A stretch of 64,000 nt of DNA from assembly GCF_009914755.1 (NCBI RefSeq), contig NC_060946.1. One strand, written 5' to 3'. A program made the translations under genes and the position numbers. The notes under the pieces are model-generated. The model made no database searches. It saw only the letters and a program-made list of their open reading frames with translations, and was not told the DNA's origin. This DNA comes from the human T2T-CHM13v2.0 reference genome, Homo sapiens. Position 1 is the stretch's first letter, and each line of letters begins with the position of its first letter. Of this stretch, positions 13,144-27,072 are shown one piece after another.

Positions 13144-13240
13144 GAAGTATCTGCGAGATGCTGACCGCCAGGTCCTGGCGCAGCGGGCCTTCATCCTCAC
13201 TGTGAAGGTGCTCGAAGACACGCTGAGCGAGCTCGCAGAG
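13144..13240 (+). CDS. CABIN1: CABIN1 coding exon ([10 protein letters not shown]...SELAE)
   Basis: cag|G acceptor, GAG|gtatgc donor; frame continuous. Confidence 0.95.
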
Positions 13241-14252
13241 GTATGCCACCTGTGTCCTCCTCTCCTCCACGGCCCATGAACACGCTTCCAAGCCCTTCCC
13301 AGGTGGTGGGCCCGATCCCTCTATTTGCATACCCTTAGGCAGGATGTGCCTAAGGGTCCCCATCTGTGAGGTAGCACCCATCCTGTCTTCCTAGGCAGGG
13401 AAGGTCAGCCGTGGTAATGAATGCACATGAATTCAGTGAGTCATGGATGCACTTGGTGATTAGTAAGAGCCATAGTGACTCCATGAAACTGAGCTCCCCA
13501 AGGGCTGCACCACCCAGGGCGGGGTCCCAAGCCCTCTCCCTGGCAGGCTGACCAAGGCCTATGAGAACACCATGTGTGTGCATCGTCCCTTTTCAGCCTT
13601 GAGGCAGGTGCAGCAGTACCTCCTTCTCACAGCTGAGCACCTGGAGGAGGCCAGGGAGGTTAAGCAGCCAGCCTACGAGGTGGGGCTGTTGGGAGTTGAG
13701 CCAGGACTGCCTCCAAAGCTTATGCCTGGTAGGGCTGGCTGTGGCTTGGTAGAGGGCATCAACTTGAGGCTGTTGGGGAGGAGTCCTTGCCAGCCCCCAA
13801 CCCCAGGCCTCGTGCATTAAGGGCCAGGAAGACTTGGCTCTGCAGCAAACATGCTTGGTGGCCCTGGGCAGGTCCCCTCCCATAAAATGCCCAGAGCTGC
13901 CCGGAGTTCACGTCATGGAGTCAAAGGGGAGCTGGGCAATGCTGCCCCAGCTCAGCCCAGGCCTGTTATTCAGGAGCAGTGCCACCTCCAGAGTCCCGTC
14001 AGCCCCTTGCTACCTGGAAGAGTGTGGTGGGGTAGCCAGAGGTGCAGAGGAGGGAAGGCCTTTCTCAGGCAGGTCTCTGGGCCCAGTGTCCTTCTCTGAT
14101 AACTGAAACACAGCCCTGGCCAGCTGGCAGATGTCCGGAGCCACACAGATGTCAGGTGGGAGAGGCCCAGGTTGGGCTCACCAGCCCCCAGAGGTGACTC
14201 ATTGCAGTGGAGACACCAGCGACACAGCTTCTTACCTTTGGTTTCTTTGTAG

Positions 14253-14927
14253 GGGTCAGAACGCCCAGGGCCCAAGGTCTGTGGCCTCCCCGGAGCCAGG
14301 ATGACCACCGATGTCTCACACAAGGCCAGTCCTGAGGATGGCCAGGAGGGCCTCCCCCAGCCGAAGAAGCCCCCTCTGGCTGATGGCTCAGGGCCAGGGC
14401 CCGAGCCAGGAGGCAAAGTGGGCCTCCTCAACCACCGGCCTGTGGCCATGGATGCAGGAGACAGTGCAGACCAAAGCGGGGAGCGGAAGGATAAAGAGAG
14501 CCCACGGGCAGGGCCCACTGAGCCCATGGACACGAGTGAGGCCACTGTTTGCCACTCAGACTTGGAGCGGACACCACCCCTGCTGCCAGGTCGCCCCGCA
14601 AGGGACCGGGGCCCCGAGAGCCGGCCCACTGAGCTGTCCCTGGAGGAGCTGAGCATCAGTGCCCGGCAGCAGCCCACCCCGCTCACCCCAGCCCAGCCAG
14701 CCCCCGCCCCCGCCCCCGCCACCACCACAGGGACCAGGGCAGGGGGCCACCCGGAGGAGCCGCTCTCCCGGCTCAGCCGCAAGAGGAAGCTCCTGGAGGA
14801 CACAGAGTCAGGCAAGACACTTCTGTTGGATGCCTACCGTGTGTGGCAGCAGGGCCAGAAGGGTGTGGCCTATGACCTGGGCCGTGTGGAGAGGATCATG
14901 TCGGAGACCTACATGCTCATCAAGCAG
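14253..14927 (+). CDS. CABIN1: CABIN1 large coding exon (GSERPGPK...TYMLIKQ)
   Basis: tag|GGG acceptor, CAG|gtgggt donor; 675 nt; overlaps ORF 14301-15080. Confidence 0.96.
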
Positions 14928-16060
14928 GTGGGTGGCAGGCAGAGGCCTGGGGGCACTAGTCTGCTGGCAGCATCCCCACTCTTGCCTTTCTATCCTCAAG
15001 GAGGGTCTCCCAGGCCTGCCCTTGGGGCGGGTTTTAGGTGTTGTTCCCACACCATCCCTGCTGTTCACTTTCTGCAATGAGCTTTAAAAAGTCAATATTC
15101 AACCTGGAAGGAAGTGAGAGCCCGTCACAGAAACCTTATCACAACCAGCGCGGGGAGTCTGGACCGCTGCTCCCACCGCTGCGCTGGGCCTCTGGGTATA
15201 TCTTAGGGCATTTCCTTCAAGACTTCTGTGGCTGTCATCTAAAGATGGCTGCAGTGACCAGAGATCCCCTTGTCATTTTGCCTTCTTTTTTTAAACATTT
15301 TATTTTAATGTATCAAGCACTTTCCTTTTTCTCCATTTAAAATTATTCCCATAGGAAGAATCTCCAAAACTTTAGTGACTGGTTCAGATGGGATGACCAT
15401 CCCTGACATACAGTATTCCCTCTAATCATGTCAGTTTGCAATGCATCCTACCCCCAACTGCCCCATATCATATGGACCTTGGGCACTGAATCCCTAGACA
15501 CACTTGACACAGCATGGGGCTATCACCATCAGGCCTGGGATTCCGAAAGGCCTCTCCCACTCTAATCATGGCCCTCCATCCTGCCCACTTAAAGGGCAGG
15601 TTCTAGCTCAGAAGACTCCCCTCTTCCCCTAGCAACTGAGCCTCAGCTGAATTTGAAGGCTTGGTTGGAGCCCTTGAGTCTGCCTGCCAGCCTCAGCTTG
15701 TGAGGATGTAAGTAACTCAGCCATAGAAATGAACTTGGTATAGCCAGATGGGCTCAGAGGAACAGCTGGGTCCAATTCTGGCACCAGTACCTGGTGGTGT
15801 GGCACCTGAGCAGGCACCCCCACCTGGGAGATGGATGGGCATCTGCCCCTGCTACCCACGAAGAGCTGGGACGTAGGGGTCTAGATGCGGACAGCAGTGG
15901 GGACGGCTGGCTATTCAGCAGAGTCTGGGGTGTTGGGGGGCACCCGAGCCACAGGGCATGCCCCCTACCTAGGCTGGTCTGTGCTACATACACAGACAGG
16001 GCTGGGGGAGGCTAACCACAATGGCCTGCGCCCCCTGACTTCCAGCATCTCCCTGTTAAG

Positions 16061-16135
16061 GTGGATGAGGAGGCTGCGCTGGAGCAGGCTGTGAAGTTCT
16101 GCCAGGTCCATCTTGGGGCTGCCGCCCAGAGACAG
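16061..16135 (+). CDS. CABIN1: CABIN1 coding exon (VDEEAALEQ...AAQRQ)
   Basis: aag|GTG acceptor, CAG|gtaagc donor; 75 nt. Confidence 0.93.
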
Positions 16136-19100
16136 GTAAGCCCAATTTAGCCTGTGCCAGCCTCATCTTGCGGAGCCTGCTCCATATCAAGGCCCTAGGA
16201 TGCAGGCTGAGAAGCAGATCCACTCTTGGGACTGTTCTTGTGGTCAGCTTGGGCTGAGGGGAGATGAGCAGGGGGCAGCTGAGCCTCCAGCACGTGGCCA
16301 TAGTGGGCAGGAACTTGACGGCCCAGACCCCAGTTCAGACATGCTGAGGGGTCCCCTCACCTCAGCCACCTTTTCTGTAACAAGGAGGATGGCCCCTAGC
16401 CAGCTGACCTCAACTGGGAAGGTCATTCCGTTTGGAACAGAAGTAGAAGCAGCAATGTTAGAGCCAGTCTGGTTAGGAGCCAGGTGGCAGGGGAAGGTGG
16501 AGATGCAGCCTATACAGGGACTGCCCCCCGCCCCACCGCCCCAGGGGAGGACTTGTAGGGAGCAAGGTGTCCTAAGACAGGGTAGGCAGGAGTCCTGGAG
16601 TTTATTAAGCAGGGAGGAAGCAAGGCAGCAACACTCCTGAGTAGGGAAGATGGGGTTAGTGCAAGGTCCAGGCCAGGGCTGGGGAGGGGGGGGCGGGGTC
16701 CAAGATATGGCAGGGAGTAGGGAGTTGGGGAGGCCCCTCCTGGGAGGACCCCAAGCTAGAGGTGGGAGGGCTGGGATCAGAATTCAACAAGAGGATGTGG
16801 CAGGGAGGGGCAGACATGGCAGGCAGAGAGAGCAGGTGTGCCCTGTCTAAAACATAAGCCTCCAAGCCAGAGGGTAGGTGGCATGCCATTTGAGTAGGTG
16901 CAGTCTTTTGTCCCCAGGGGTGTCCCGATGCCCCCGGTAGCCTCGTCCCAGGTCCCTTTGTTCCAGGTCCCCTAGCAGAGGGCTGGTAGCTGCCTTTGGG
17001 GTCCAGACGGGCTTCCTTCTCAGTGGAATGGAGCCTCAGGCCCCCACCACCTGCCTGGGCTATTACGTCTGCGGAAGCCCTCGAGGTTCAGCTTTGACCA
17101 AGCAGGCTGTGGGCCAGACGAGGCATGCTGTGGGGAGTAGGTGGGCCTGGTCCCCAGCTAAGGGCCAGAGTCCTTGACAGGGAGTGCCCCAACCCCCAGC
17201 AGTCCCCACCATTTCATTGTCCAGCTAGGCAGAGTGCATAGCACAGCTGTCTGGGCCCCAGTGCTGGGCGCAGGCCCAGGCCCAGGTCCACCAGGGTGCC
17301 CCTGCCTCCTCCACTGGCCCAGGTGGAGCAGGTGGACATGGGAGTGGTGATCACTCAGGAGATAGGAGGGCTGTTTCTGCTTTTGACGTCCTTAAAAGAT
17401 AGACCCACACAGGAAACCCCCCCACAACCCCACACTGTAGCGTGAGAAGAAAGGGCTACTGAGTTGGCAGGAGCCAGGGCTGGGCCAGACCCCATTTTGC
17501 CGAGGCACATGCATATTGGGGCCCCTGAGGGCTGGGTGAGCAGAGATTTCCGTCAGAGACCTCGGAAGACACAGCCTGGGTTATGGGGGTGGCCAGAGCC
17601 AGGGGACCCAGGTCCTTACCTTTCAGGTTGCCTGCTGCTGGGCGACGCCAGGCCAGGCCCCAGCAGTCTCCTCCCAGTTTGTGGAGGGGAGTGGCAGGGA
17701 GGAGGCCCTAATGACCCTCAGACCTACCTGCCTGCTTCCCAGACCCTGGTGCGGTGGGGGCGCCTTGGTATCTGCCGTGGGCAGATTTGCGTTTCCTACC
17801 TAGGATTCTTACCCTGGGCCCAGAGAAGATGCCACTGTAGGGGCTAGCTGCCATCCTCTGGTTCTCTCCTCCCTTAAGCCCAATCTTGGAGGCCATTTCC
17901 TGCCATCAGAGCCCATAGCTCCCGCCCCTCAGGGAGTGTCCATTTTGCTCACGGCATGTCCTTGTTGCCATGGCAGCCCTGAACCCGCCTGGAGGGTGCT
18001 CTGGACATAATTAGAGGCTCAGTGCCCACGGCTGAGGCCCGCTCCTGAGCGAGCACAGGGACACTGCACTCACCTTCCTCCAGCGTGTCTGCTCACGCTG
18101 CCAGCTAGGCTGCTACAACACCACTGGTATTGCCGCAGGCCCGCAGGGCCCGAGAGACAGGTCTGTCCTCCTGCCCCGCACTCCCACAGGATGGGCTGCC
18201 CACAGGACAAGGCTAGGCCCCAGAGCACCGGCCTGGGGCACATCCCAGACACCCAGTATGTGGCAGAGTCCACAGGGGCCCGTCCTGAACCATGTGGAAT
18301 TGAGGAACAGGGCATTTTAGCAAAACCAATGTCAGAAGAGACAGGGTCATCGGTGGTAGCAAACTGCCCCCCCCCCCGCCCCCATGCACTGAGGTACCTA
18401 CCTGCAGGCGTGTGACTCTCCCACACTCGAGGGGGTGGGGATGGGGGTGCTGTCAGCCTCATGTGGGCCAGCTCCCACAGTACAGTCAGCCTGGTGCTGG
18501 GGAGGGTTGAAGGGTGGACCCACTCCTCTGCTCAGCTGTGAGAGGCTGCCTCAGGGCTGCCTCACATCACCTCAAGACATGCTGTCAGGGCACTGGAGCC
18601 TTCACACCTGTCCCAGGAGGGCTGGCTGGGGGTGGGAGCAAAAGTAGCCCTGTGAAAAGAACCCCAAAAGGGCCTCATGGCAGAGGGAATTGTGTGGATG
18701 AAGACTCGGAGGCCCCTAGGGCCCGGCTCACCTGGAAATCGAAGGCCCATGGTGGGAGCAGTTGCCAAGGCCAGGCTGCAGGGAGAGGCCAAGCTGGGGG
18801 CAGCACTGGGTGCCGTGGCAGTAGGTCACAGTGGGTTGTGGTATCAAGCCCAGGAAGCAAACTCTTGCAGCATCCCACTAGCTCCCTCAGGACTCTCCCA
18901 TGAGTGGCCATTGGGAAGTCACCCTCCAAGACTGACCACCTGTTCCTGCATTCCCTGGGTTGGGAGCTGCACCCATGCCTAGGGTCCTGCAGGACATAAT
19001 CCTCCCAGACTGGCACCCTGTGGTGTGAGGGCAAGGCCAGCTGGAGGTCCTTCCACTGAGTCCCCACCAGTACGGCCTGGACATTCTCCCAGGGAGGGGT

Positions 19101-19326
19101 TCTGGGTCTCCAGCTGTGTCCTAGCATCAGCAGGATCCTGATGGGGTGCCTCTCTGATGGACCTTGTTGGCAGCATTGTGGGGGCTCAGTGGTGCCATAT
19201 GGGCAGTGTTGGCAGCCCCAGGCGCACAGGATGTCCTGTGGGACAGCACTGGTCGGCTGGCGGGCAGAGCAGCGTGGGCTCAGGGCTGCCTAGCCAGCCT
19301 TTCTCACCTCTTGTTTGTCCTCACAG

Positions 19327-19609
19327 GCCTCGGGGGACACCCCCACCACTCCAAAGCACCCCAAAGACAGCCGAGAGAACTTCTTTCCTGTGACAGTGGT
19401 GCCCACAGCCCCTGACCCTGTGCCAGCTGACTCTGTCCAGCGGCCCAGTGATGCTCACACCAAGCCTCGCCCTGCACTAGCTGCCGCCACAACTATTATC
19501 ACCTGCCCTCCGTCAGCATCAGCTTCCACCCTGGACCAGTCCAAGGACCCTGGGCCTCCCCGGCCACACAGGCCTGAAGCTACCCCCAGCATGGCCTCTC
19601 TGGGCCCAG
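19327..19609 (+). CDS. CABIN1: CABIN1 coding exon (ASGDTPTTP...MASLGP)
   Basis: cag|GCC acceptor, G|gtgagt donor; phase 0 to 1. Confidence 0.95.
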
Positions 19610-21167
19610 GTGAGTCCCATCCCAGTCCAGAGCTGGGCCCAGGCCCCTGCCACCATCAAGTCCTCCCTGCGGGGAGAGTGTGAGTATGGGTAAGGGAGGC
19701 AAGCAGTGCCCTCCCGCCCAGTCGATCCCACAGGGTGGCGGGGCAGGTGACCGCGGGTCCACTCACCAGTCACTGGCAGCCTCGGTGGCCCTGGTCAGCA
19801 CATCCTACATCTACCACTCTTAACCTAACCCTGGGTGCCTCAGTCTGTGAAAGGGGGTGGTGAGGAGGGAGGGAGCAAACACCATCACGGACGTGTTTGC
19901 TACTGTTTCCTCCCCACAAAGCCTTATAGTAAGTAGGAAGGATGGCTTGGTCAGGTAGGAAAAGGATACTAGCCCACACCAGGCCTCCCTCAGGGCACTG
20001 GGAGGGGTCCTGACCTTCAGCATGCTGCAAGGCCACTGGTATCCGGCCTCAGTTACCTGTGAGCAGTTCCTGGGTACCAGGCCCTACTGGGTGTGGGGCC
20101 AGCAGATCTGCTCAAACCCCATCTTGCCTCATGGGCAAGACAGAAGCCAGCCAGGATGAGGGCAGGGGCAGGTCAGGGGGCTTGTGAAGGAAAACAGAGA
20201 GGACAAAGGTGCGGGCAGTAGAGGGCCCTGCTGGCCTCATCGGTGAAAGCTCCTGTTCCTTCTAAAACCCAGGATCCATTGGAATGGCAGCCTGCAGACA
20301 GCTAAGCCACAGATCCTTCCTTTGGGGAGGGGATGTAGAGGCAGCGCTGCTACAGCCAGTGAGTGAGAGGGGAGTAGACAAGGCACCATCCCCCTCGCTG
20401 GTCCTGACACCAGCAGCTCTGGCAGCTGCAATTCTGCCAGACTGGGTTCAGCTCAGGCCTGGGCCAGGTTCCACCTGCCACCCAGGGCAGGGAGCCCTTC
20501 CCTGTTGGTTCCCAGGACTCTAGGACCATGTGGCCAGGCTCTGAAGGCCCTATAATAGGACAGGGATATTCCCTAACTAATTTGTCTCCCCAGCTGGTGG
20601 GGCCCCAGGAGAGACCAGCGTGGTCAGAGGGTTCCCTGTGCCCCTGGGGACATCCAGCGATGGACCAGTTTCCCCAACCCTCCCTTTCAGGCCCTCCCCT
20701 GCTTCTCCCTCCCTGCCTCAAGGACCCAGCCTGTTTCCTTGCCGCAGACCCTGCACTGGCCCACAGCCTGTGTCACCCCTGGAGGCTCACCTGTCTTCCC
20801 AGTTGAATTTCCTACCCATCTGAAAAACGAGACAGCCACTCTGCAGAAGTGCCCAGCAGAAGGCAGGCCTAAGAGCCCCCACAGACTGTGCGCCTGAGTG
20901 GAGGTTGAGTTGAGAAGTCTTCCTCAGCTCTTTCCCACGGTGGCTCAAGCAGCAAGCAGGTGCTGATGTTTTCACCTGATGCCATCCACACTGCTTTGAG
21001 GATTGTGAACATGTAGGCATCCTCTAGCCCAGTCAGCCTCGGTTGCACTGGTCGTGGCCCTGTGAGACAAAGAATTACTTCCCTTTGGGTCAGAACCTGT
21101 GGCCATTTGTTCCCAGAGGAGCCTGTGAAGGCTTCAGGACAAAGAGCCGTAAAAGAAGTGTAGTGCT

Positions 21168-21512
<345 letters not shown>

Positions 21513-21537
21513 TCAGTTTCCTGCATAAAATGGATAA

Positions 21538-22070
<533 letters not shown>

Positions 22071-22189
22071 TGATGGGAGCCCAGTGCCGTAATCAGTTGG
22101 TCAGTGTTGGTAGCTGACTTACTCCCACGAAGACCCAGCTCCTGTCCCTCTGCCTGGGGCTGTCTTGCCTTGTACCAGTCCCATGCTCT

Positions 22190-22560
22190 CGTCTTGTAGT
22201 TTTTGAGGGTCAGGAATTTACAGTGGCTTTGTGGGGTAAAGTTGGCTCAGGGTCTCCCACGTGGTTGCAGTCAAGCTATCATCAGTGCATCTGAGCTCCC
22301 TTGGGGTGTTGGCAGCCTCAGGTCCTCACTGGTTATTGGCCAGAGGCCTCAGCTCCTCCTGTGGGCCTTTCTATAAACAGCTGAGTGTCCCCGGATCATG
22401 GTGACTGGTTCTCCCCAGAGCCATTGACCCCACCGAGAGAACACAGAGGAAGCCATGGTGTCTTTTATAACCTAATCTCAGCAGCAACTGAGATCTCTGT
22501 AGGCCACACACACCTCCCTGGGGTGTGGGAAGGCCTGGTGGATGCCAGGGCCAGGGGTAG
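22190..22560 (-). mobile_element. Old MaLR (MLT1-like) LTR remnant
   Basis: GGGTCAGGAATT...GGCTCAGGGTCTC...CTTTTATAACCTAATCTC resembles antisense MLT1; recognised by eye. Confidence 0.5.
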
Positions 22561-23724
22561 CGGAGTAGGGGGCTAGAGACTGCCTGCTTTCCCTCTGCCT
22601 GCCTGTCCCACCATCAAGCAGGCCAAAGCTGTAATTCATGTCCTTCTCTCCTCTGTTAGATCTAAGAAAGAGGATCTGTTTCCTAGCATACCTTCTTCAG
22701 CCTGGAGAGTTGATCCTTTTCTATTCCCATTCCCAAAACCAAATTAAATGGCCTTTTGCCAGGATGGAACTGTTGAATGACACTGGGGGCAGGGGGCGAG
22801 GGGGTGGAGGCTTGAGACAAGGCCTCAGCCAGCCTGGGGCAGGAGCCTCAGGCAGAGCAGCTGGATGGGGATGGCCATGGCCGCTGAGGCCTCTGCCTAG
22901 CCCAGCAGTCGCCTGCTGGCCCCAGCTTTGTACCGGGAGCTGTCACTCCTGCTGACCAAGGAGGGGAGCTGGCTCCCCCTGCTGGAGAGGATGGAGGGCC
23001 TCCTGGCAGAGGAGCGGGATGGGGAGGCGGTGGGGTGGCTGGAAAGGCAGTGGTTGATGACCAGTGTGGTGGGAGAGTCCAGACCTGAGTGAGAAGGTGG
23101 GGAGCAGCAAGGGAAGTGAGGGCCTGGAGGCCTGGGAACCGGGGACCGATGCTGAGTAGTCACCTGGCCAGCAGCCACAGGCACAGCATTTGCCCCTCAG
23201 GCCCATCCCGGCCTTGGCCCAACTGAGCCCAATTCCTGGCCCCTGCCTCAGGCCAGGGAAGGTGTGGCTGGCTGGGCAGGAGCCATAGTGCCAGCGTCTA
23301 CTTTGGTCTTAGTTGGGTTGTTTGGATTTTGGTCCTGACCTCGTTTCTGAATGCTGCTTATGTGAGCTGGAGGGAGAGTGGACACTGCCCCCCCATCCCC
23401 TCTCACTGCCTTGTGATGGGATCTTAAGAGAGGCTGGGCCTCGAAGACTCAGGTGTGGCCCCACTGGGTCAGGTGTATAGCCCTCTCGGGAGGCGGAGGA
23501 GCCCTCTGGGGGTGGGGAGCCAGCCCCTACCAGTGTCCTCTTGGGTGGTGAGTGGTTTCTTGGCAGCACCAACCTGGACTGCCTCAGCCAGGACCCCAGC
23601 ATTGGCCACACTCCCCTGCCCAGTGTCCCAGGGCACAACCTGGGCCCATAGGACCTGACACAGATGCGTTGGAGCCTGCGGGGTGGATGAGTCTATTACC
23701 TGCAGTGAGCCCATGTCCCCACAG

Positions 23725-23889
23725 AGGGAGAAGAGCTGGCGAGAGTGGCAGAGGGCACCAGCTTCCCGCCTCAGGAGCCACGGCACAGTCCGCAGGTGAA
23801 GATGGCCCCCACAAGTTCCCCGGCAGAGCCACACTGCTGGCCGGCAGAGGCTGCCCTGGGCACAGGCGCTGAGCCCACCTGCAGCCAGG
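23725..23889 (+). CDS. CABIN1: CABIN1 coding exon ([11 protein letters not shown]...EPTCSQ)
   Basis: cag|AG acceptor, G|gtaagg donor; phase 1 to 1. Confidence 0.94.
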
Positions 23890-25117
23890 GTAAGGCGAGT
23901 TGGGAGCAGCCCAGCACCAGCCCCCAGGAGGCTGCCTCACAGCTGGCAGCCAGGGTGGGTTTCCCGGCCTGGCCTTGAAGGGCAGGGCCTGGGGATGCCC
24001 CATGGAATGAGATGGGGAGGAAATGGGGGTAGTGCAGGCTGGACAGGGGAGCCAAGGGAGAGGCCCAGGCTGAAGAGTTTAATGCGTGGCCCATTGTGTC
24101 AGGGGCTGGGTAGAGAGGGACCCCAGAGGCTTATTCCACCCCTGGCATCACGGAGGGGTACTAGCGAGGGCAGGCGGCCTGCTTGGGCCCACTGCAGAAC
24201 CCAGGCTGAGCCCAGAGTGGGGAAAGAGGAGTAGGCATGGACAGGGCGGAGCATGGGCCTGGTGACAGACACTTGAGGGACATCAGCAGCAGGCAGAAGG
24301 GTGGACAGGTTGGGCTGGGCCAAGCAGGCGTCCCCGTCGACAGCCACGTCAGATTCTAGCCCTGGCCTCAGTCCGGCCTGTTCCCACCAGCTGCCCCAAC
24401 CAGCCAGACCCCTTGGGGACTCCTCCTGGCCTGGGCCTCCCACAGACCACTTGGGATGGCAGGACCTGGCGCCAGCCCCTGGGGGCCAGGCATGGGCTCT
24501 GTGTAAACCCCATTCCTTTTAAAGCCATGGGGCTGCAGAGGAATGTGGAGACGAGCCAGGCCAGCCGGGTCCTCCCAGCTCGTGCAGCTCCCTAGAGGCT
24601 GCCAGGCCTGCAACTGGCCCAGCCTTCAGGCTCTGGGCAAACTCAGCCCCTTGCTCCCACTGGAGGATGAGGCGAAAGTGGATGCCCTGGGGCCAGCTCA
24701 GTGACCATGCCTGGCTGAGCGACCAGCTCTGGGCTTCAGTGTCCTCCCTGGGGCATAGACACCAATAGGACATGCATCCTAGGATGGTTGTGGAAATACG
24801 ACAGTTCATGCAAGCATGATGCCTGGAGGTCTTACAGAACCCAGCAAGGCTCAGGGAGTCTCAGGTCCTGGGCTTTGAGTTCATGGTGTTACTGGGTAAG
24901 GTTCACAGTCCCAGCACCCCACAGCTCAGAGCCAGAGTTGGGTCCCTGCAGGCCTGAGCCAAGTATTTGCCCAGGGTAGAAGCCTTGGAGCCTGCCAGCC
25001 AGCACAAACTACACAGCATAAAGGCCCAGGACCTGGGGGGAGCGGGTGGGGGCGAGATAAAGTGCTCACTGTGTGATGCGGCAGGCAGGAAGTGCTCTTG
25101 GTACCTTTGTCTTCCAG

Positions 25118-25431
25118 AGGGGAAACTGAGGCCTGAGCCGAGAAGGGATGGGGAGGCTCAGGAGGCTGCGAGTGAGACTCAGCCCCTGAGCTCTCCCCCA
25201 ACAGCTGCCAGCTCCAAGGCCCCCAGCAGTGGGAGTGCCCAGCCACCAGAGGGTCACCCAGGCAAGCCTGAGCCCAGCCGGGCTAAGTCCCGCCCCCTGC
25301 CCAACATGCCAAAGCTGGTCATCCCCTCCGCCGCCACCAAGTTCCCCCCTGAGATCACCGTCACGCCACCCACCCCAACCCTGCTCTCCCCCAAAGGCAG
25401 CATCTCGGAGGAGACCAAGCAGAAGCTGAAG
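25118..25431 (+). CDS. CABIN1: CABIN1 penultimate coding exon: RAKS(2126)RP 14-3-3 site, calcineurin-docking PEITVT, start of MEF2-binding helix
   Basis: cag|AG acceptor, AAG|gtgacc donor; PEITVT at 25348-25365; counting back from the C-terminus of 2220-aa CABIN1 places S2126 at 25288-25290. Confidence 0.96.
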
Positions 25432-25487
25432 GTGACCTCAGGGGCTGGGCTGGAGCCATGTGTGGGTGGGAGGCATAGGTTACAAAG

Positions 25488-25620
25488 GGGGCCTAGGATG
25501 GGGGTGGGGGTGGCAGGAGGGCCTGGGGTGTGGGTGAGGATGGCATAGGGGCCTGGGGCAGGGGTGAGGGTGGGAGGGGGGCCTGGGGCAGGGGTGAAGG
25601 TGGCAGAGGGGCTTGGGGCA
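25488..25620. repeat. G-rich 30-bp minisatellite (~4.5 units) in the last CABIN1 intron
   Basis: GCCT/GCTT core recurs at 25491, 25521, 25551, 25581, 25611. Confidence 0.9.
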
Positions 25621-25666
25621 GAGCCCAGCCATCCTTGACCAGTGCCCCGCCCGGCCCTCTCCGCAG

Positions 25667-25810
25667 TCAGCCATCCTTTCTGCCCAGTCTGCTGCCAACG
25701 TGAGGAAGGAGAGCCTATGCCAGCCAGCCCTGGAGGTCCTGGAGACATCCAGCCAGGAGTCCTCGCTGGAGAGCGAGACAGACGAGGACGACGACTACAT
25801 GGACATTTGA
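25667..25810 (+). CDS. CABIN1: CABIN1 last coding exon (SAILSAQ...DEDDDYMDI*)
   Basis: cag|TCA acceptor; TGA at 25808-25810; known C-terminus. Confidence 0.97.
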   Translation, partial: SAILSAQSAANVRKESLCQPALEVLETSSQESSLESETDEDDDYMDI

Positions 25811-26224
25811 GGGGCCACTGCAGCCCCACCGCCACGCCCCAGGGGACCAGCCAGGCCTGGAATGCCCCCTGGGCAGGACCCTGGGCAGGACCAGAGGCCC
25901 ACATGGATGCCACTCCCCACACAGCCCCCAGGCCTGCCCAGCCCACCTCCTCATGGCATCCTCCCTGTACCCAGGTCAGGCTGTCCACACCACATGGGAG
26001 CCCAGAGGAGGAGGGGCCCGCCTTAGCCATGTGAAGGTGGATTGGTCGCCATCTGCACGCCAGGCGGCATCCTTTTCTATGAAGTGTTGACTTTGTAAAT
26101 CTGCCCACACCCAGCTGGCCATATCCACCCCTCGACGCCGGGATGAGCCGGCTCTGCCTGTGTCACAGTGGAGGGGTCCTTTAGGGCCAGGCTCACCCCT
26201 CACCCTTTTTTTGGTTGCTTTTCT

Positions 26225-26230
26225 AATAAA
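26225..26230 (+). terminator. CABIN1: CABIN1 polyadenylation signal
   Basis: AATAAA with a U-rich tract upstream and a GU/U-rich tract downstream. Confidence 0.9.
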
Positions 26231-26746
26231 GATGGAACAGTTGTCTTTGCCTCTTTGCTCACCTCTAGGGGGCAATCTGGCAGAGTCTCTGGCGGAGAGT
26301 TGCTGTCCCCAGGGATTCTGGGCCTTTACTGCCATAGTCCATAGGGCAGGGCCTAGCCCCCCTCCTTCTCCAGCATCTCAGGGACCAGCCAGGCAACCAA
26401 AGCAGCGGCTGGGGGTGCCCAGTGGGGTAAGGAGAGAGCCGACTCGGGGCTGGGCCAGGCAGACGCCTCTAGTGCAGCTGGAGCCAGGCTTCAAAGGGGA
26501 GTTAGGTGCATCCCCAGAACGCACCTGGGTGCCAGTGGGTGGGAGGCTGTACGGTGGGAGGGCAGGCAGGGCTGGGGCAGCTGAGAGGCTGGGAGGAGGG
26601 GGCTGTCAGGGAGGGAAAGGGGGGATGGGGCCGGCAGGGAGGGTACTTAACTCCCATCACAGTCGCCCTAATGGGGCCAGTCACAGAATAGCTGGGCTCA
26701 GTGCAAGACATAAATATGAAGCTCCTTGATCAAAAAGGATTAAGGA

Positions 26747-27072
<326 letters not shown>

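Noticed and set aside
13970-14815. 281-aa antisense ORF
   Set aside because: Shadow of the GC-rich 675-nt CABIN1 exon; no independent support.
25254-26108. 284-aa antisense ORF with PAPGP repeats
   Set aside because: Produced by CABIN1 exons plus the 30-bp minisatellite; no promoter or poly(A) evidence.
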